Shown piece by piece: positions 1-13,240 of a stretch of 64,000 nt of DNA. Every line of letters begins with the position of its first letter. The first letter of the stretch is position 1. Both the position numbers and the translations under genes were made by a program. Source of the stretch: Octopus vulgaris (taxonomy: Eukaryota); the NCBI GenBank assembly GCA_951406725.2, contig OX597814.1, positions 26,846,001-26,910,000 on the forward strand, given 5' to 3'. The notes under the pieces are model-generated. The model searched no databases. It worked only from the letters and a program-made list of their open reading frames with translations, and was not told the origin of the DNA.

Positions 1-663
1 TAGATATGAAGAGAGAGAAGAGCGATCATCATCTACAACACTTGTCCAGGCAGGATTTTCTGTGGCCTTTCCTGTTGCCACCCTTCATCTGTTTCCTAGC
101 AAGTTAATAATTCTCCTAGTCTATTGAACAATGAATAGCCCAAACATGCTTTCACAGATAACTGCAAACAAATTACACATTTCATATGAAGGGTGTCACT
201 TTGTTTACACCCAGCATGCATATTTCAAAACGTGTCAAGAAGCCCAGACATTCTGAAAAATATTGTCTGTATCAACAGTGATGCTTTATTTGCTATGTTT
301 ATATATTGCATTTCCTCAAAGCACCAAGTGAACAAGAAAATCACTCTGGGACAGAAAATGTGCCCATTACCCAATGAAAAGTGACTGGCAAAGGAGCAGA
401 GAATGCATAAGTTTTCTGAGCTCCCCTTATTCAACTTCTCACGTGTTGGTGCAACAAAAAATGCACCCATTACACTCTATAAAATAACTGACAATACAAT
501 GCCCAATACTAGCTCTTGCAGCTGAAGAAAACAAGCCAAATGACACATATGTAAGAGCTTTAGTCTATGGCTGCAGTAGCTCTCAGTAGGAGATGACCCA
601 AGCTGTGATGACCTGGCGAATCCATATTAGCAGGGACAGCAGATATTAAAATGATGGTGACGT

Positions 664-704
<41 letters not shown>

Positions 705-860
705 ATCTCAAAATATTTTACACACTAAATTTGTGTACTTACTGATGAATTGTGAATCAAAAATACCAAAATACACAAGTTTATCTCCTCTCTGTTGTAG
801 AGTTCTACTTCCCAATGAAGTGCGCCCCAGGAGATCTGTTTTTATATATATTTTATCATC

Positions 861-948
861 ATGTTAATCTATACTGGAATATGTATGATGAGGATGCCTT
901 GTGGAAGTGTCTTGCTATTATGTATTGTTATTTACTCATGCATATACA
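861..948 (+). CDS. Candidate first coding exon encoding a signal peptide (exon 801-948, ATG at 861 or 885)
   Basis: Acceptor ctcctctctgttgtag ends at 800 and donor CA|gtaaga starts at 949. There is an in-frame stop at 816, then MLIYTGICMMRMPCGSVLLLCIVIYSCIY (basic residue, hydrophobic core, small residues). It ends in phase 1, compatible with the Ig exon. Confidence 0.45.
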
Positions 949-3585
949 GTAAGATACTGAAACTAATCTTCTTTTTCAAACCATAAGATTTATGAAGTAC
1001 ATGGATATTCCATTATAATAAGTGGCTGACAGACTAATCCTTCACCTATGATGTTGGTCTAACACAGTGTCACAGTTAATATTTCTAACTAGAGGAAAAG
1101 GAATCAGAATTGCAAGCTAACACAACTCTGTCACTTCTGCAATGCTGACTCCGTTTACAGCAGGGAATTATGCCACCTTCACACCATGTGGGGTAATCAT
1201 TTCATGCTAAGTGAACTCAGTTTTTTAGTCTGATGTGGTGTCAGAGATAAGTTATAAACAGAGTTTTCTGTTATTCTATGGCTGTGATCATCAATGTTTT
1301 CAAAAATGTAAAAGTGTACTGTTATGTGTGTATGTGTAAAAATATGAATACATTGATGATATTTGACCTTATATTATAATGTACATATCAAAATACCTTT
1401 TCCCATGGTTCATATCTGGCAGCAAATATTTCTGCATTGTGTGTCCTTAGAGAAAGCACTTGAGCAATTTTGATTGGCAGCCAAGTCTGTATCCCCTTGT
1501 AGATTACAATACCAAAACTAAGTAGAGTGTTAACCTACTAGAGTATTCTGTTAATAATGTAAACAAGACTTTACATTACAATTTATATTTACACCATTGT
1601 CTATATAAACAGGTACTTATACATACACCTAAACTATTCAATTCTTTATTGTTTACCACTGTCATCATCATCATCTTCACCATCATCATAGGTCTACTGA
1701 ATCAGGACTGACTAGTATCACACATCATAATCATAATCATCATGGTCCCCATAAAGATATAATTTTCAACTTGGCTTAACCAGATGTTGACTCATTTGTA
1801 TTGACAATAATAGCTGGTGGGTGGCATACCTATCCATCATTTATTATCAACTATTCAATCTCATTATTCTAATTATAATTTTTCTTCTTATTATTATTAT
1901 TATTATCAATATTTTTTCCTATTATAAATATTCGATTCTCACATGACAGATTAAGTAAGCCCGAATACAATGCCCGATACTAGCTCTTGCAGAGAATCTG
2001 AAAAGAATTTCCTTTGTGAGAAATAAATGGTTAATTTTGTATGTCAGGAATTCAAGATTTATGAGTTGTGAATACTTGCAGTTCTTTTCTCAGTAGTAAT
2101 TTTGGAGAAACATCCTTTCTCTAAGGTCAACTTTAATTCTGTTGCTTCAATACTATAAATCTTTTTCCAAAGTTCAGCCAAGTAATTAACATGGCTTGTA
2201 AAGGTTCAGAGAATTTTGGAATATGACAAAAAGTTCAGGCATGCTCTTTGAACTATTGCTAGCAAATCATATATATTATACATATTTTGTGCTTTGTGTT
2301 TATGTCAGGAAGCAGAAGAGAGAGAATAAAGTAGACAAAATTATATATAACTCTAAAAACTTTGCTTATAGCCAAAAGTTAATATTGAAATAATCAAACT
2401 TTACATCACCTGACAAACTAATGTTTGTGATCTGGTACAAAATTAGGTGATCTTGATGGTGGTGATGCTCAGCATTATCTTCATCATCCTCATTATCATC
2501 AGCATACTCATAATCATTACTTCCCTTCTGCATTGTAATTATAATCTTATCATGATTCTAATATATTAAGAATGAGAAGGAAGAAGAAAGGAAGTGTTAT
2601 ATTAAAATGGCTGTGATGAGAATTGTAAGGGTATTAAGTGGTGACACAGATATAATGATTATAATGTTGGTGATGAAACTGATAGTGTTGCGATGGGTGA
2701 TAAAAAACAAAAGCTAGATTTACCGACAAGTATTACAAGCACATGATATATGACAACATATTCTGTTGGCCACATCCACATGAAAAGAGAGAAATTGGTA
2801 TATCATTACACCTATTGAGGGAAGACATCTCTCAATGTCAATTTACCCCATGCTTCTTTTGTAGTTATTTTTTGCATTTATTATGTATTTTTTTTTACTA
2901 TTTTGTTATTTTTTCTTGGTTTGCTTTGTTTGTTTTATTTCTATTCAGCTTCACAGCAATCTTGATTATAACAACAACAATTATAGTAAAAAAAAAAAAG
3001 AGAAAAACGAAAGCATGTACAAATAGATTTCCAATATGTTGGGTGCCAATTTCCAATAATTGAAACTCCACGTCCTAATATCTGGTTATCCACTTCCAAT
3101 AATATGGCATTGAGTTAGGGTATCAGTTCTAATATTTGATTTATCCACTACTGATATTTCTGCATATAACTTGCTTGCTGTTTGGATATAGCAAGTCAAG
3201 TGCCGTGAGTTAATCCATTTTGTATCCTAATTATTGCTTCTTTTTAGATGATGGTGGAGTAGTAGAATGAAAGGAAATAACTTAAAAGCATATAATAAAA
3301 AGCAAAAATATACATATATATATATATATACATACACATACACACACCCTCATATAGTTATTACTTTGATGATTTGATCAATAAAAGCCTATAGCTTATA
3401 CATTTGCTTTTGTTTTCATCACCTCAGACTTCATTGTTCTCCAATCTTGTTATTCTTTATACATATACCATTATAAGAATATTTCTCTCTCTCTCTATAT
3501 ATATATATATATGCCCTTGCAGACACACACACACACACATATGTAAGTATACATACATACATATATATGTATGTATATATGTATG

Positions 3586-3634
<49 letters not shown>

Positions 3635-5194
3635 TTAACAGAAAGAAACTTGTTACTGCTTCTTCTTTCAAATTTTAATCTTTACACCAAACACCGAACA
3701 TAAAGCCACCTTCCTCTGTACTCAAAGGAACTTTTTGTCTTCTAAGTTACAAGGGGACTTCACTAGTTGCTGGTGCCATAAAAATCTACTCAGTGTACTC
3801 TGTAAAGGGATTAGCATTAGGAAGGGGATCTAAACATAGAAACCATTCTAAAGTAGACTCTGAAGCAAGTCATTAAATCATGTTTATCCACCTAACCCAT
3901 TGCAAGTTGGACATGAAAGAATGATAATGATGATATAAAAATGGATGCGTATGGAGTGGTTGATTAACAATAGGAGTAAAAAAAGAAAGGTCTCCATAGA
4001 AAATACAAATTCATATCCTTTTATCTCATTACCAAATACAACGCATTTTGTTCTGGAGAAACATACGTTTTTCCCTACCTCTCCCTTCTCTCACGCACTT
4101 CCTACTCCCACTACCTTAACAGCATATACACACACATAACTAGCTAATTAATTTGACACCTTTAGGTGCTATCATTTTTAAGGCAGTTGTGCTGAGAGGT
4201 AACAGGCAGTAAAGATCAAGAGTACATCCTTCAGAAGAAAAAATGGAATTGGTAAACACTGTTCCATCAATATACCAGAGCCAAGAAGAACTGGGAAACA
4301 TTTTCATAACTTCTGATACCTTGTACCACATGGAACTCATGCTGTGCCATAGTAAGGTAAAAATGTTTTTCAGGCAAAAATGTAGTTATTACAGTAGTAG
4401 TAGTAGTAGTGGTGGCGGTGGTGGTGGCAGCGGTGGCAGAAGTAGTGGTAGTGGTGGTGTTAATTATAGTCTTTGGAGAACAGAATAAGAGCTTTTTGTA
4501 ATTAGGAGCTGTGCATTGGGCAACGATTTTGTACACAAAACCCGTAGCACACATACAGAGTTATATCAACATACTGACAAATGCACATACACGCATGCAC
4601 ACATATTTATAAAAAGAGAGGGATGGAGGTAGATAGATAAATATATGCACATACATCTATGTATGTATGTATGTGTGTGTATATATACACATACATATAT
4701 ACACATGCACACACAGGTATGTATATATATATATATACACACACACATACATACATAAACTGAATGATGCAACACCATATGGGCATATGGAGAGAATGGA
4801 TGAGATGATGTACAAATTAGCCAGTAGGGGAAAGGTCATCCTATAAATATATATGGCATGGAAGAGAATTAAAGATCTTGTGTTGACTTTAAAACCAATC
4901 TATTTAGTTCAAGAAGCTGTGTAAATATTGTGGTTCCATTAACCTTACTTCAGCATTTGTGTAATTTCATCATTACAGTATCGAACATAAAAGTTGCAGC
5001 CTTTTATTTTGTTTTATCTTTTTGCTTCTTTTACATACTGTTCTTTCAGTTCTTCACATTTCATCCTTTCAGGGTCAATAAAATAAGTATCAGTTGAGCA
5101 CTGTGGTGAATTAATCAACTTCCCTCACACCTCAAAAATTGCTAACCTCGTGTCATAATTAGAAAGAATTATCATTATTATTATTATTATTATT

Positions 5195-5470
5195 CAGTAG
5201 TTTTATTTTTATCATGTACTTTCACTGCACTACTGAGTGCAGCTCTGTGTGTCTTGAGTATGTGCTGTGGTTTGTTGTAATGCTCTTATTTTTACTGTAT
5301 TGAAAGTTGTGGTGCCTAGTAGTGCTATTTTCTGTATGTTATATATACTTGTTAGTCCTGGTGTTTTTGTTAAGTATTTGTCTGAATATTTTTTTATCAT
5401 ACCTAATGCACCTCCTATGATAGGAATTGTTTCTGTTTTTAGACTCCACATTCAAGTTACTAGAGTTACT
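5195..5470 (-). mobile_element. 3' fragment of an R4/Dong-like (RLE-type) non-LTR retrotransposon
   Basis: Translation MWSLKTETIPIIGGALGMIKKYSDKYLTKTPGLTSIYNIQKIALLGT resembles the R4/Dong C-terminus (PIxxGALG...QKIALLGT). (ATT)n flanks both sides. Confidence 0.75.
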
Positions 5471-5539
5471 ATTATTATTATTATTATGAGTAGTAGCAGT
5501 AGTAGTAGTAGTAAGGCAGCAAGCTGGCAGAATTGTTAA

Positions 5540-5681
5540 GCTTGCTTACCAACCACATGGTTCCGGGTTCAGTCCCACTGCATGGCACCTTGGGCAAGTG
5601 TTTTCTACTATAGCCTTGGGCCAACCAAAGCCTTGTGAGTGGATTTGGTAGATGGAAACTGAAAGATGCCTGTCGTATATA

Positions 5682-5724
<43 letters not shown>

Positions 5725-5917
5725 GTGTGTATATGTTTGTGTGCCTGTGTTTGTCCCCCCAACATCACTTGACAACCGATGCTGGTGTGTTTACGTCCCC
5801 CGTAACTTAGCGGTTCGGCAAAAGAGACTAATAGAATAAGTCCTGGGGGCGATTTGCTCAACTAAAGGTGGTGCTCCAGCATGACCACAGTCAAATGACT
5901 GAAACAAGTAAAAGAGT
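5540..5917 (+). mobile_element. tRNA-derived SINE (family 1; Octopus-type)
   Basis: B-box-like ggttcagtccc, CORE-like ccttgggcaagtg, internal (TA)n and 3' end cagtcaaatgactgaaacaagtaaaag. Many copies occur in the window. Confidence 0.85.
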
Positions 5918-6300
5918 ATGTCAGACAAAACCTAACAGAATTTCTTCTGAATTTTTATATTCTGAGTTCAAATTATACCTAAGTCAGCTTTGCCTTTCAT
6001 TCTTTCTGGGTTGATAAAATATGCACCAATTGAAGACAGTGGTGGTGGTGGGGGGGTCTAGGTGATCGACTAAATCCTACTCCTAAAATTTGTTGGCTTT
6101 GTGCATATATAGTAGAAAGAATTATTTTTACTGTAGGATAGTAGATTGCTGAATTGTTAAAGTATCAGGAAAAAATGCTTTGTGGTATTTCTTACAGCTC
6201 TTTGGGATTGCTAAGACAAAAGAACCAATCAAGCACTGGAACTGATGATATGCACTCCCTATAAAACTGTTGGTCTTGTGTCTATGTTAGAAATCATATT
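5918..6300 (+). mobile_element. SINE family 2, two tandem degenerate copies
   Basis: ttctgagttcaaat...ctttgcctttcattc...gataaaata motif. Related copies lie near 5030-5170 and 29890-30050. Confidence 0.6.
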
Positions 6301-7079
6301 AGATGTTATTATTGTTGTGGTTTAATTATTGTTATTATATGTTGCAATAAAAGGGAGAACATTTTACAAGTGGTGGTGGTGGCGGTAGCAGTGGTGGTGG
6401 TGGCAGTGGCAGCGGCGATGGTGGTGGTGGTAGTGGAGAAAGAGCCATAAGAAGTTATGTGTTGAAGAGTAATTTTGTGGAGGTGGGACTATCAGAGGAA
6501 GGAGCAGTGCCTATGACCTACACAGGGTCTCCAGCCAGAGCACCTTATGAGATTGAGGATATTGCTGTTCTTTATAAATAGATTTAGGAAGAAGAGAAAG
6601 AGGAAAAGAAAAGTAGAGAGGAAAGTAAAAAAGAAATAGAGAATGAAATAATGGAAGAAGAGAAGTGGTAGTGTCTCATAAATAGAAAGTGTGGGGAAAA
6701 AGAGCAGCAAAGAAGAGCAGAGTTACTAGAAGATGAAAGGATGAAAAGTGAAGGAACAGATACCTAGACGAAAAAAAAAAAAGAATTTGAAGAAAAGAGA
6801 GAAGAAAAAGAATGGATGACTCAGCAGGAAAAGGAGAATTAGTGAATGATTGAAGTTGAGGAAACAGAAAAAGCAAGGAGAAAAGATAAAATGGAAAAGC
6901 AGAACTGGAAATGATCATGAGAGGTAGAAGTAAAGGAATATGCTTCCAATAAAAATGGCACTCAGGCAAACAAAAATTTAAATTTAAAACAAGAAAATGT
7001 TTAATATTTGTTGAAATCATCAGTTATTGTATTGGATTATACAAAAAAAAAATCGAATTTACATTTATTCATAACCAAA

Positions 7080-7770
7080 ATTTAATAATCAATGCTTCTG
7101 ACATGATTACCTTGTAGTTTTATAATCCTATTAATCATACTTTCAGCAAACTTTTTTCAATAATGTGGCCTCTAATTTGTGCTAGAGTTTCTGAAATGAC
7201 AGATAAAAATACTTTGTTTTTTTTAAAAAGTTCTTGAATTCACCTTCTACTCTAATGATCTGGCATAAATTTTCAATGGGATTAATGTCTTAAAATTATA
7301 CAGACTGAAACAAAGTCTCATTTTCACACATATTATACTTCTATTTCCAAACTTCCAAGTCTTCTTATTGATTATAGACAGTCTTCGTCGAAATTTCAAC
7401 AGATCTAATCAAACAGAATGATAGCCATCTTGAAGTAAGGAAAACCTTCATTTCCGCTTAGAAGGTCACAGCTTGGGAGAAATTGAGAACCATTTTAGCT
7501 TAAGTTCAATCACCCAGGTTTTTTACTTTTTCTTATCTTTTCTTTTACACCAGAAATGAGTTCTGAATCCTTTTGCAGATTCTTTAATGGTGCCTCTAGA
7601 TACCTTACTTTTTACAAGAAAATTTGTACCCCTTAGCAAAATTCTTCATGTCTCTAGAGATTAATTTCTTAAGTCTTCCCTTATCCTTTGAACTCAAAAT
7701 CTTTTGTCAAACTCCATTTTTCTGATCTCTTCCTTTAAGGTTTTGCTTAATTGAATTTAGAAACTTTGTA
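7080..7770 (-). pseudogene. Highly degenerate Tc1-like DDE transposase remnant
   Basis: Minus strand 7289-7263 reads DINPIENLC, matching the Tc1 motif DLNPIENLW. Downstream FAESMINRII resembles the Tc1 C-terminal LVESMPRR. Multiple stops and frameshifts. Confidence 0.55.
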
Positions 7771-7820
7771 TTATATGTATATAATGTGTATATATGTGTA
7801 TATATGTGTATATATGCACA

Positions 7821-8184
7821 GGAGTGGTTGTGTGGTAAGAAGCTTACTTCCCAACTACATGGTTCCAGATTCAGTCCCACTGCATGGCACTTTGGGCAAG
7901 TGCTTTCTACTGTAGCCTCAGGCCAACCAAAGCCTTGTGAGTGGAGTTGATAGACAGAAACTGAAAGAAGCCTGTCGTATATATGTATATATGTTTGTGT
8001 TTGTTATTTGTGACTGTGTTTGTCCCCCCAACCATTGCTTGACAACTGATGTTGGTGCGTTTATGTCCCCGTCACTTAGCAGTTCAGCAAAGAGACCAAT
8101 AGAATAAGTACTAGGCTTACAAAGATTAAGTCCTGGGGTCAATTTGTTCAACTAAAGGGCCACAGTCAAATGACTGAAACAAGT
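7821..8184 (+). mobile_element. SINE family 1, near full length
   Basis: tRNA-like head gtggttgtgtggtaagaagcttacttcccaac, ttgggcaagtg core and 3' cagtcaaatgactgaaacaagt. Confidence 0.85.
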
Positions 8185-8229
8185 ATATATATATATATAT
8201 ATATATTCTACTCTTTTCTTTTTCTTTTG

Positions 8230-8700
8230 CTTGTTTCAGTCATTTGACTGTGGCCATGCTGGAGCACCACCTTTAGTTGATGAAATCAACCCCAGGAGTT
8301 ATTCCTTGTAAGCAGAATAACTATTGGTCTCTTTTACCGAACCACTAATTTACGGAGTCGTAAACAGACCAACATCAGTTGTCAAGCAATGGTGGGGACA
8401 CAAACACAGACACACAAACATATACATATATATATGATGGGCCTCTTTCAGTTTCCATCTACCAAATCCACTCACAAATCAGCCCAAGGCTATAGCAAAA
8501 GACATTTGCCCAAGGTGCCCTGCTGAGGAACTGAACCCAGAACCATGTAGTTGGGAAGTAAGCTTCTTACCACACAGCTACAACAGGTTTAATTTCAGTT
8601 TCCCTCTACCAAATCCACTCACAAAGCTTTGAAACCATGCAGTGGGACTGAACCCAGAACCATGTAGTTTGCAAGCAAACTTCTTACCACACAACCACCA
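8230..8700 (-). mobile_element. SINE family 1, inverted copy plus an additional partial copy (8590-8700)
   Basis: Reverse complement of the same SINE, from cttgtttcagtcatttgactgtggcc to aagcttcttaccacacagc. Confidence 0.85.
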
Positions 8701-8978
8701 TGTATGTGCCTCCATATATATTTGTTAGGGTTTATATACATTTATTTGTATCAGATGAAATAGTGAGAGTCCTTTCTAAATTCTAGATGAAGTACTGCTA
8801 AGTTGATAGTGGATAGCTACTTACCCATGAAACTTCAGTAACACATTGTATATCCTAAGTACTTCATGAATATTTAATAGTAGGTTGACAGCTCTGCATT
8901 GTATAAATGTATGGGACACATCCCTATCCACAGAGTCTAATTTTGTATATACATATATACATAAATAGGTATCTAGAT

Positions 8979-8982
<4 letters not shown>

Positions 8983-9066
<84 letters not shown>
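8983..9066. repeat. (AGAT)n microsatellite
   Basis: About 20 direct tetranucleotide units. Confidence 0.95.
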
Positions 9067-11847
9067 TAGACAGGCAGGCAGGCAGGCAGACTGAATTTCT
9101 GTTTAGACTTTATATGCTTATAATGGTTTAAGATCAAACGGGTTAGTTGTCCAGATGCTATATTCTCTAACTTTCATCAGTGATTCCATTAGAGAATGTT
9201 AAAACACTAACTTTACTTTAAGTAAAATGGACTTGGAAATATTTCCCAAGAATACATTACAATACCATCAGAAATATTTAATCACAAATTCTATTATACT
9301 GTTGATGACAATGACTATTGTTTTATCCTTATACAACTCAATATCATTTATTTTCCATATTATTAATCAACATTCCAGGTTTGATATCTAAAAATCTGTC
9401 AAGCAATTTGATCATTTAAGTGGAAGAGATGTACTTATATGCTTTACAAATTTCATAGCATATAACATACTTTTCAGTGGTACAAAATTCTTTCCAAATT
9501 CTGATAAAAAAAACAACATTAAAATATTATGAAATTTAGATGGTAAATTTAAAATAAATTGAATTTCACAACTCTAGGCTTTTTAATATTATGTTGCAAC
9601 AACTATGGTAACCATATATAACAATTATAATGATGAACCCTCACAAATACAGTTCTATGATGCAACTAAAAAAGAAAAAGGAAAATATGTAAGGAACAGA
9701 AATAACAAAGATTTTTAAAGTTTAATATAAAAAGATTTTTCAGCACATAAAACATTGACTTCTAACTAGATAATAGAAACTGTAAATTTAGAGAAATGTT
9801 AAAGCGAAGTTGTGATATTCATGACTTTTCCTCAAGTATAAAACAGTATTAGCAACAAATGTAAAATGAGATATCTTTAAAGAATTAAATCTGCCTTGCA
9901 GACTTGATTTGCAAACAGCTGAAATTTTCTCTCTCTCTCTCACTCTCTCTCTCTCCTCACACATATGTGTGTGTAATGTACACAAAAGCAGCAGCAACAG
10001 CAACAGGTGGAGGGGGAGGAGAAAATATTGACCTCACACAGCTGTTCTGTGTTTTGTAAGGGTTAATTATCATTGCATGCAACACCTCGCTCTGCTACTT
10101 AATTCCATTCCAAAGAGAAATAGTTTGGTAAACATCGTGTGTATAATAATGAATCCTCATCCCAGAAATATAGAAACTTCAATTAGACTTTTTTTCTCTC
10201 TTTCCTTTCTAGTTTCAATTCAGATCCAACAGCTGTCATCATCATCATCATCGTTGTTGTTGCTTTGTTTTATATTTTTAATTCAATTTAGAAATTTCAT
10301 TTTGTTTTATTTCATTTCACTTTGGATCTATAGCTTTTTTTTAACTTTTGATTTTCTTACTTTGCTTTTATTTTCCCTTTTTTTTTGTATGTGTATACAT
10401 ACATATATGTATATATATATATATTTATATAGACACACACACATACAGATACACATAATGCTAAAAATATATAGTATTAAAGTACAGTCAGTAAAGTGGC
10501 AGGTGTATGCACATGTATTGTACAAAGTGAAATGTGCAGTGTCAGTTAACAAGTACTAATCATGTTTTGGTTGACTGCTTCCATCTTAAATGCATTTTCA
10601 GGAGGTGAAATGAACATCTGGGAAGAATCAAACTGGGAATGATAGAGGTGGGGGTGGAGGTGAGGGCTTGTTTTATCAACATATATGAAGTACTCTTCTT
10701 CCTTTCTTTTTTTCTTTCTTTTTGGTTCATTCTGGGTTTCTTATTAATCAATTCTTCATAGCTTGTTTCATGTATTTTCATTTTATATTTATCTTGTTCA
10801 TTTATTTATATATTTATTATTTATTGCTTTTGTTCATGATTTGTGTTGCTTCATTCTAGCACTGTAACATCTTAGTTACAAGACATCGCTATTCTGATGA
10901 ACATGTAATATGCCAGATACAACATTCCCGCTGACATATAACAAACTAAGATATAACTAGGATATTGCTGTTCTAACAAACAATACTATTCTGATTGTCA
11001 ACTTATATCACAGATATGATGCATGCTATTCTTAGTAACATGCAATAACAAAGATACAACACAAAGCTTTTACTTTCATCTGTAATGTCCTAAATACATT
11101 ACTCTCACACAACTTTCTTTAAGTTATATTCTATGTATTTTAGATTCATATCATAACCATCTTGTGATATCTAACAAATATGATATCATAATGACACTGA
11201 CTGAAATACATTTTGATTTTTGTAGGTTCAGTGTGACACAGTTGAACTGTAACCAAAATATAACATCATAGATTTCATATTATCAAGGCTTGTTCTGTAA
11301 TAATTTTAAATTTGTACTTAGTTGAAGGAAGAAGGATGGTTATACAAGACTGTATCTAGTTCATTTTCTTTTACATTATGTTATTGCTATTATTATCATT
11401 ATGATGGTATATGAATGGATAAAGTTGATTTAGTTCAGGTTCACTCATTGCTCTAAGACATGTCTTCTGGGAGCCCATGCATGAGCCCATGTGATATGCA
11501 TGGGTCTCGGAAGATAACATATGAGCACACACTGAGAATAGCATATGTTTGGGGACAAGGGGTGCACTGGCACACCCTCAAGTTTTTGGAGGGTTATGAA
11601 AATACTTTGAACATCCTTCTGAAAAACTGGGTTTGCACCCCCAAAGCAAATTTTGTTCTCATACTTATGACGAAAGGATACTGGTGAGTTGTGCTCTGGC
11701 ATGTTGGATTGAGATATGTGGAAGAGACCTATCTCAAGAATCCATGTTGCTTCATTGGCTTGGACTTGACTCAATGAAATAAATTTTGACTGCATGTACA
11801 CAAGGAAAGAATGTATATAGATATTTTAATTGTATACATATACATAC

Positions 11848-11880
<33 letters not shown>

Positions 11881-12429
11881 ATACCCACTCATACATGTAA
11901 AAGAATAAATAGAATAAAAGAATATATATATGTATAACATATATACACATACCTATAAATATCTATATACACACACCCACACACACACACACATACACAC
12001 ACACACGCATAGTAAACTTACATAGTAGAAATACAAACATGGCAAATTTAACTATTTCTCCATAGATTGGAGAAATGATGAACAGCCTTATTGGATTCTG
12101 ATGAGAGGGCACTACATCCTTTTACCAATCACAGAGAAATAAGCAGCCAGTTATGAGTGTATAAGTAACTGAGCATTTCACAGACACATGTACTCCTAAT
12201 GAAATTTTCTTGCAGAATCAGCATACCACATTGAGTGATAAGGCTATGCATTTGAATTACAGGTGCACTTTGTCTGACACATTTCTATAATGTCTAGAGG
12301 TACCTGAGTTCACTCAATTGTTATTAGATGACCTGCTCAAGATACCACACAGTAAGCTTAAATCCTAGAGTGTGTGTGTGTGTGTGTGTGTGCACGTGCA
12401 CGCACAAGTAATAGTGTACATATGTATCT

Positions 12430-12778
12430 TTTACTTGTTTCAGTCAGTGGACTGCAGCCATACTGAGACACTGCTTTGAAGAATTTAGTAGAACAAATCA
12501 ACCACAATACATATTTTTGAACTCAGGTACTTATTCTATCAGTGTCTTTTAGTGAAGCAGTTAGGTTGCAGGGGTATAAGCAAGCCAGCACCAGCAGTCA
12601 AAGAGAGAGATAACTTATACACAGGCAAACACATACACACATAGACACACACACATACGTAATGAGCTTTCCACACAGTCCAAGTCTATAGTAGAAGACA
12701 TTTGTCCAAGGTATCTCATAGTGTGACTGAACCTGAAACCATGTGGTTGCAAAGCAAGCTTGTTAACTACACAGCACC
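12430..12778 (-). mobile_element. SINE family 1, degenerate copy
   Basis: acttgtttcagtcagtggactgcagcc...gaagacatttgtccaagg...ccatgtggttgcaaagcaagctt. Confidence 0.7.
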
Positions 12779-13147
12779 GTGCTTGTGTGTGCATGCATGC
12801 GTGCATGCATGTGTGTGTGTGTATACAACTGTAATACTAGCAATACAATGGTGTTACTGTTGTAGAAGTCAACCATGGCAAGAACAGCTGCTGTAACTAC
12901 AGCAGTAGTAATGTTAGCAGAAGAGCTGTGGTTGTAAAAGCAGCAATAGTAGCAGTTGCAGCTGCAGTGGTAGTTGTAGTAGCAGTAGCATATGTAGTTG
13001 TAGTAGCAGCAATAGCTGTGAAAGTAGCAGCAGCAGAAAAACAGAAGCATTAGTAATTGTAGCAAGAGTGAGGAGTTATAGTAGAAATCAATATTATTTT
13101 AAAAGTAAAGAGACATTTTTTCAATAAACATACATTTTTCTCACAAA

Positions 13148-13177
13148 TAATAATAATAATAATAATTGTTATTATTA

Positions 13178-13232
<55 letters not shown>

Positions 13233-13240
13233 CATTATTA
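13148..13240. repeat. (AAT)n/(ATT)n microsatellite
   Basis: Trinucleotide runs. Source of the poly-Ile ORF. Confidence 0.9.

Noticed and set aside
5540-5600. tRNA-like boxes
   Set aside because: SINE heads with no cloverleaf.
6492-7020. Hydrophobic F/L-rich minus-strand ORFs
   Set aside because: Complement of a GA-rich low-complexity tract.
11540-11670. GC-richer segment resembling a small MITE (ggggtgca...tgcacccc)
   Set aside because: Termini and TSD are too decayed to define.
12763-13065. Cys/Tyr-rich ORF resembling a keratin-associated or toxin peptide
   Set aside because: Degenerate (GTA/GCA)n trinucleotide tract.
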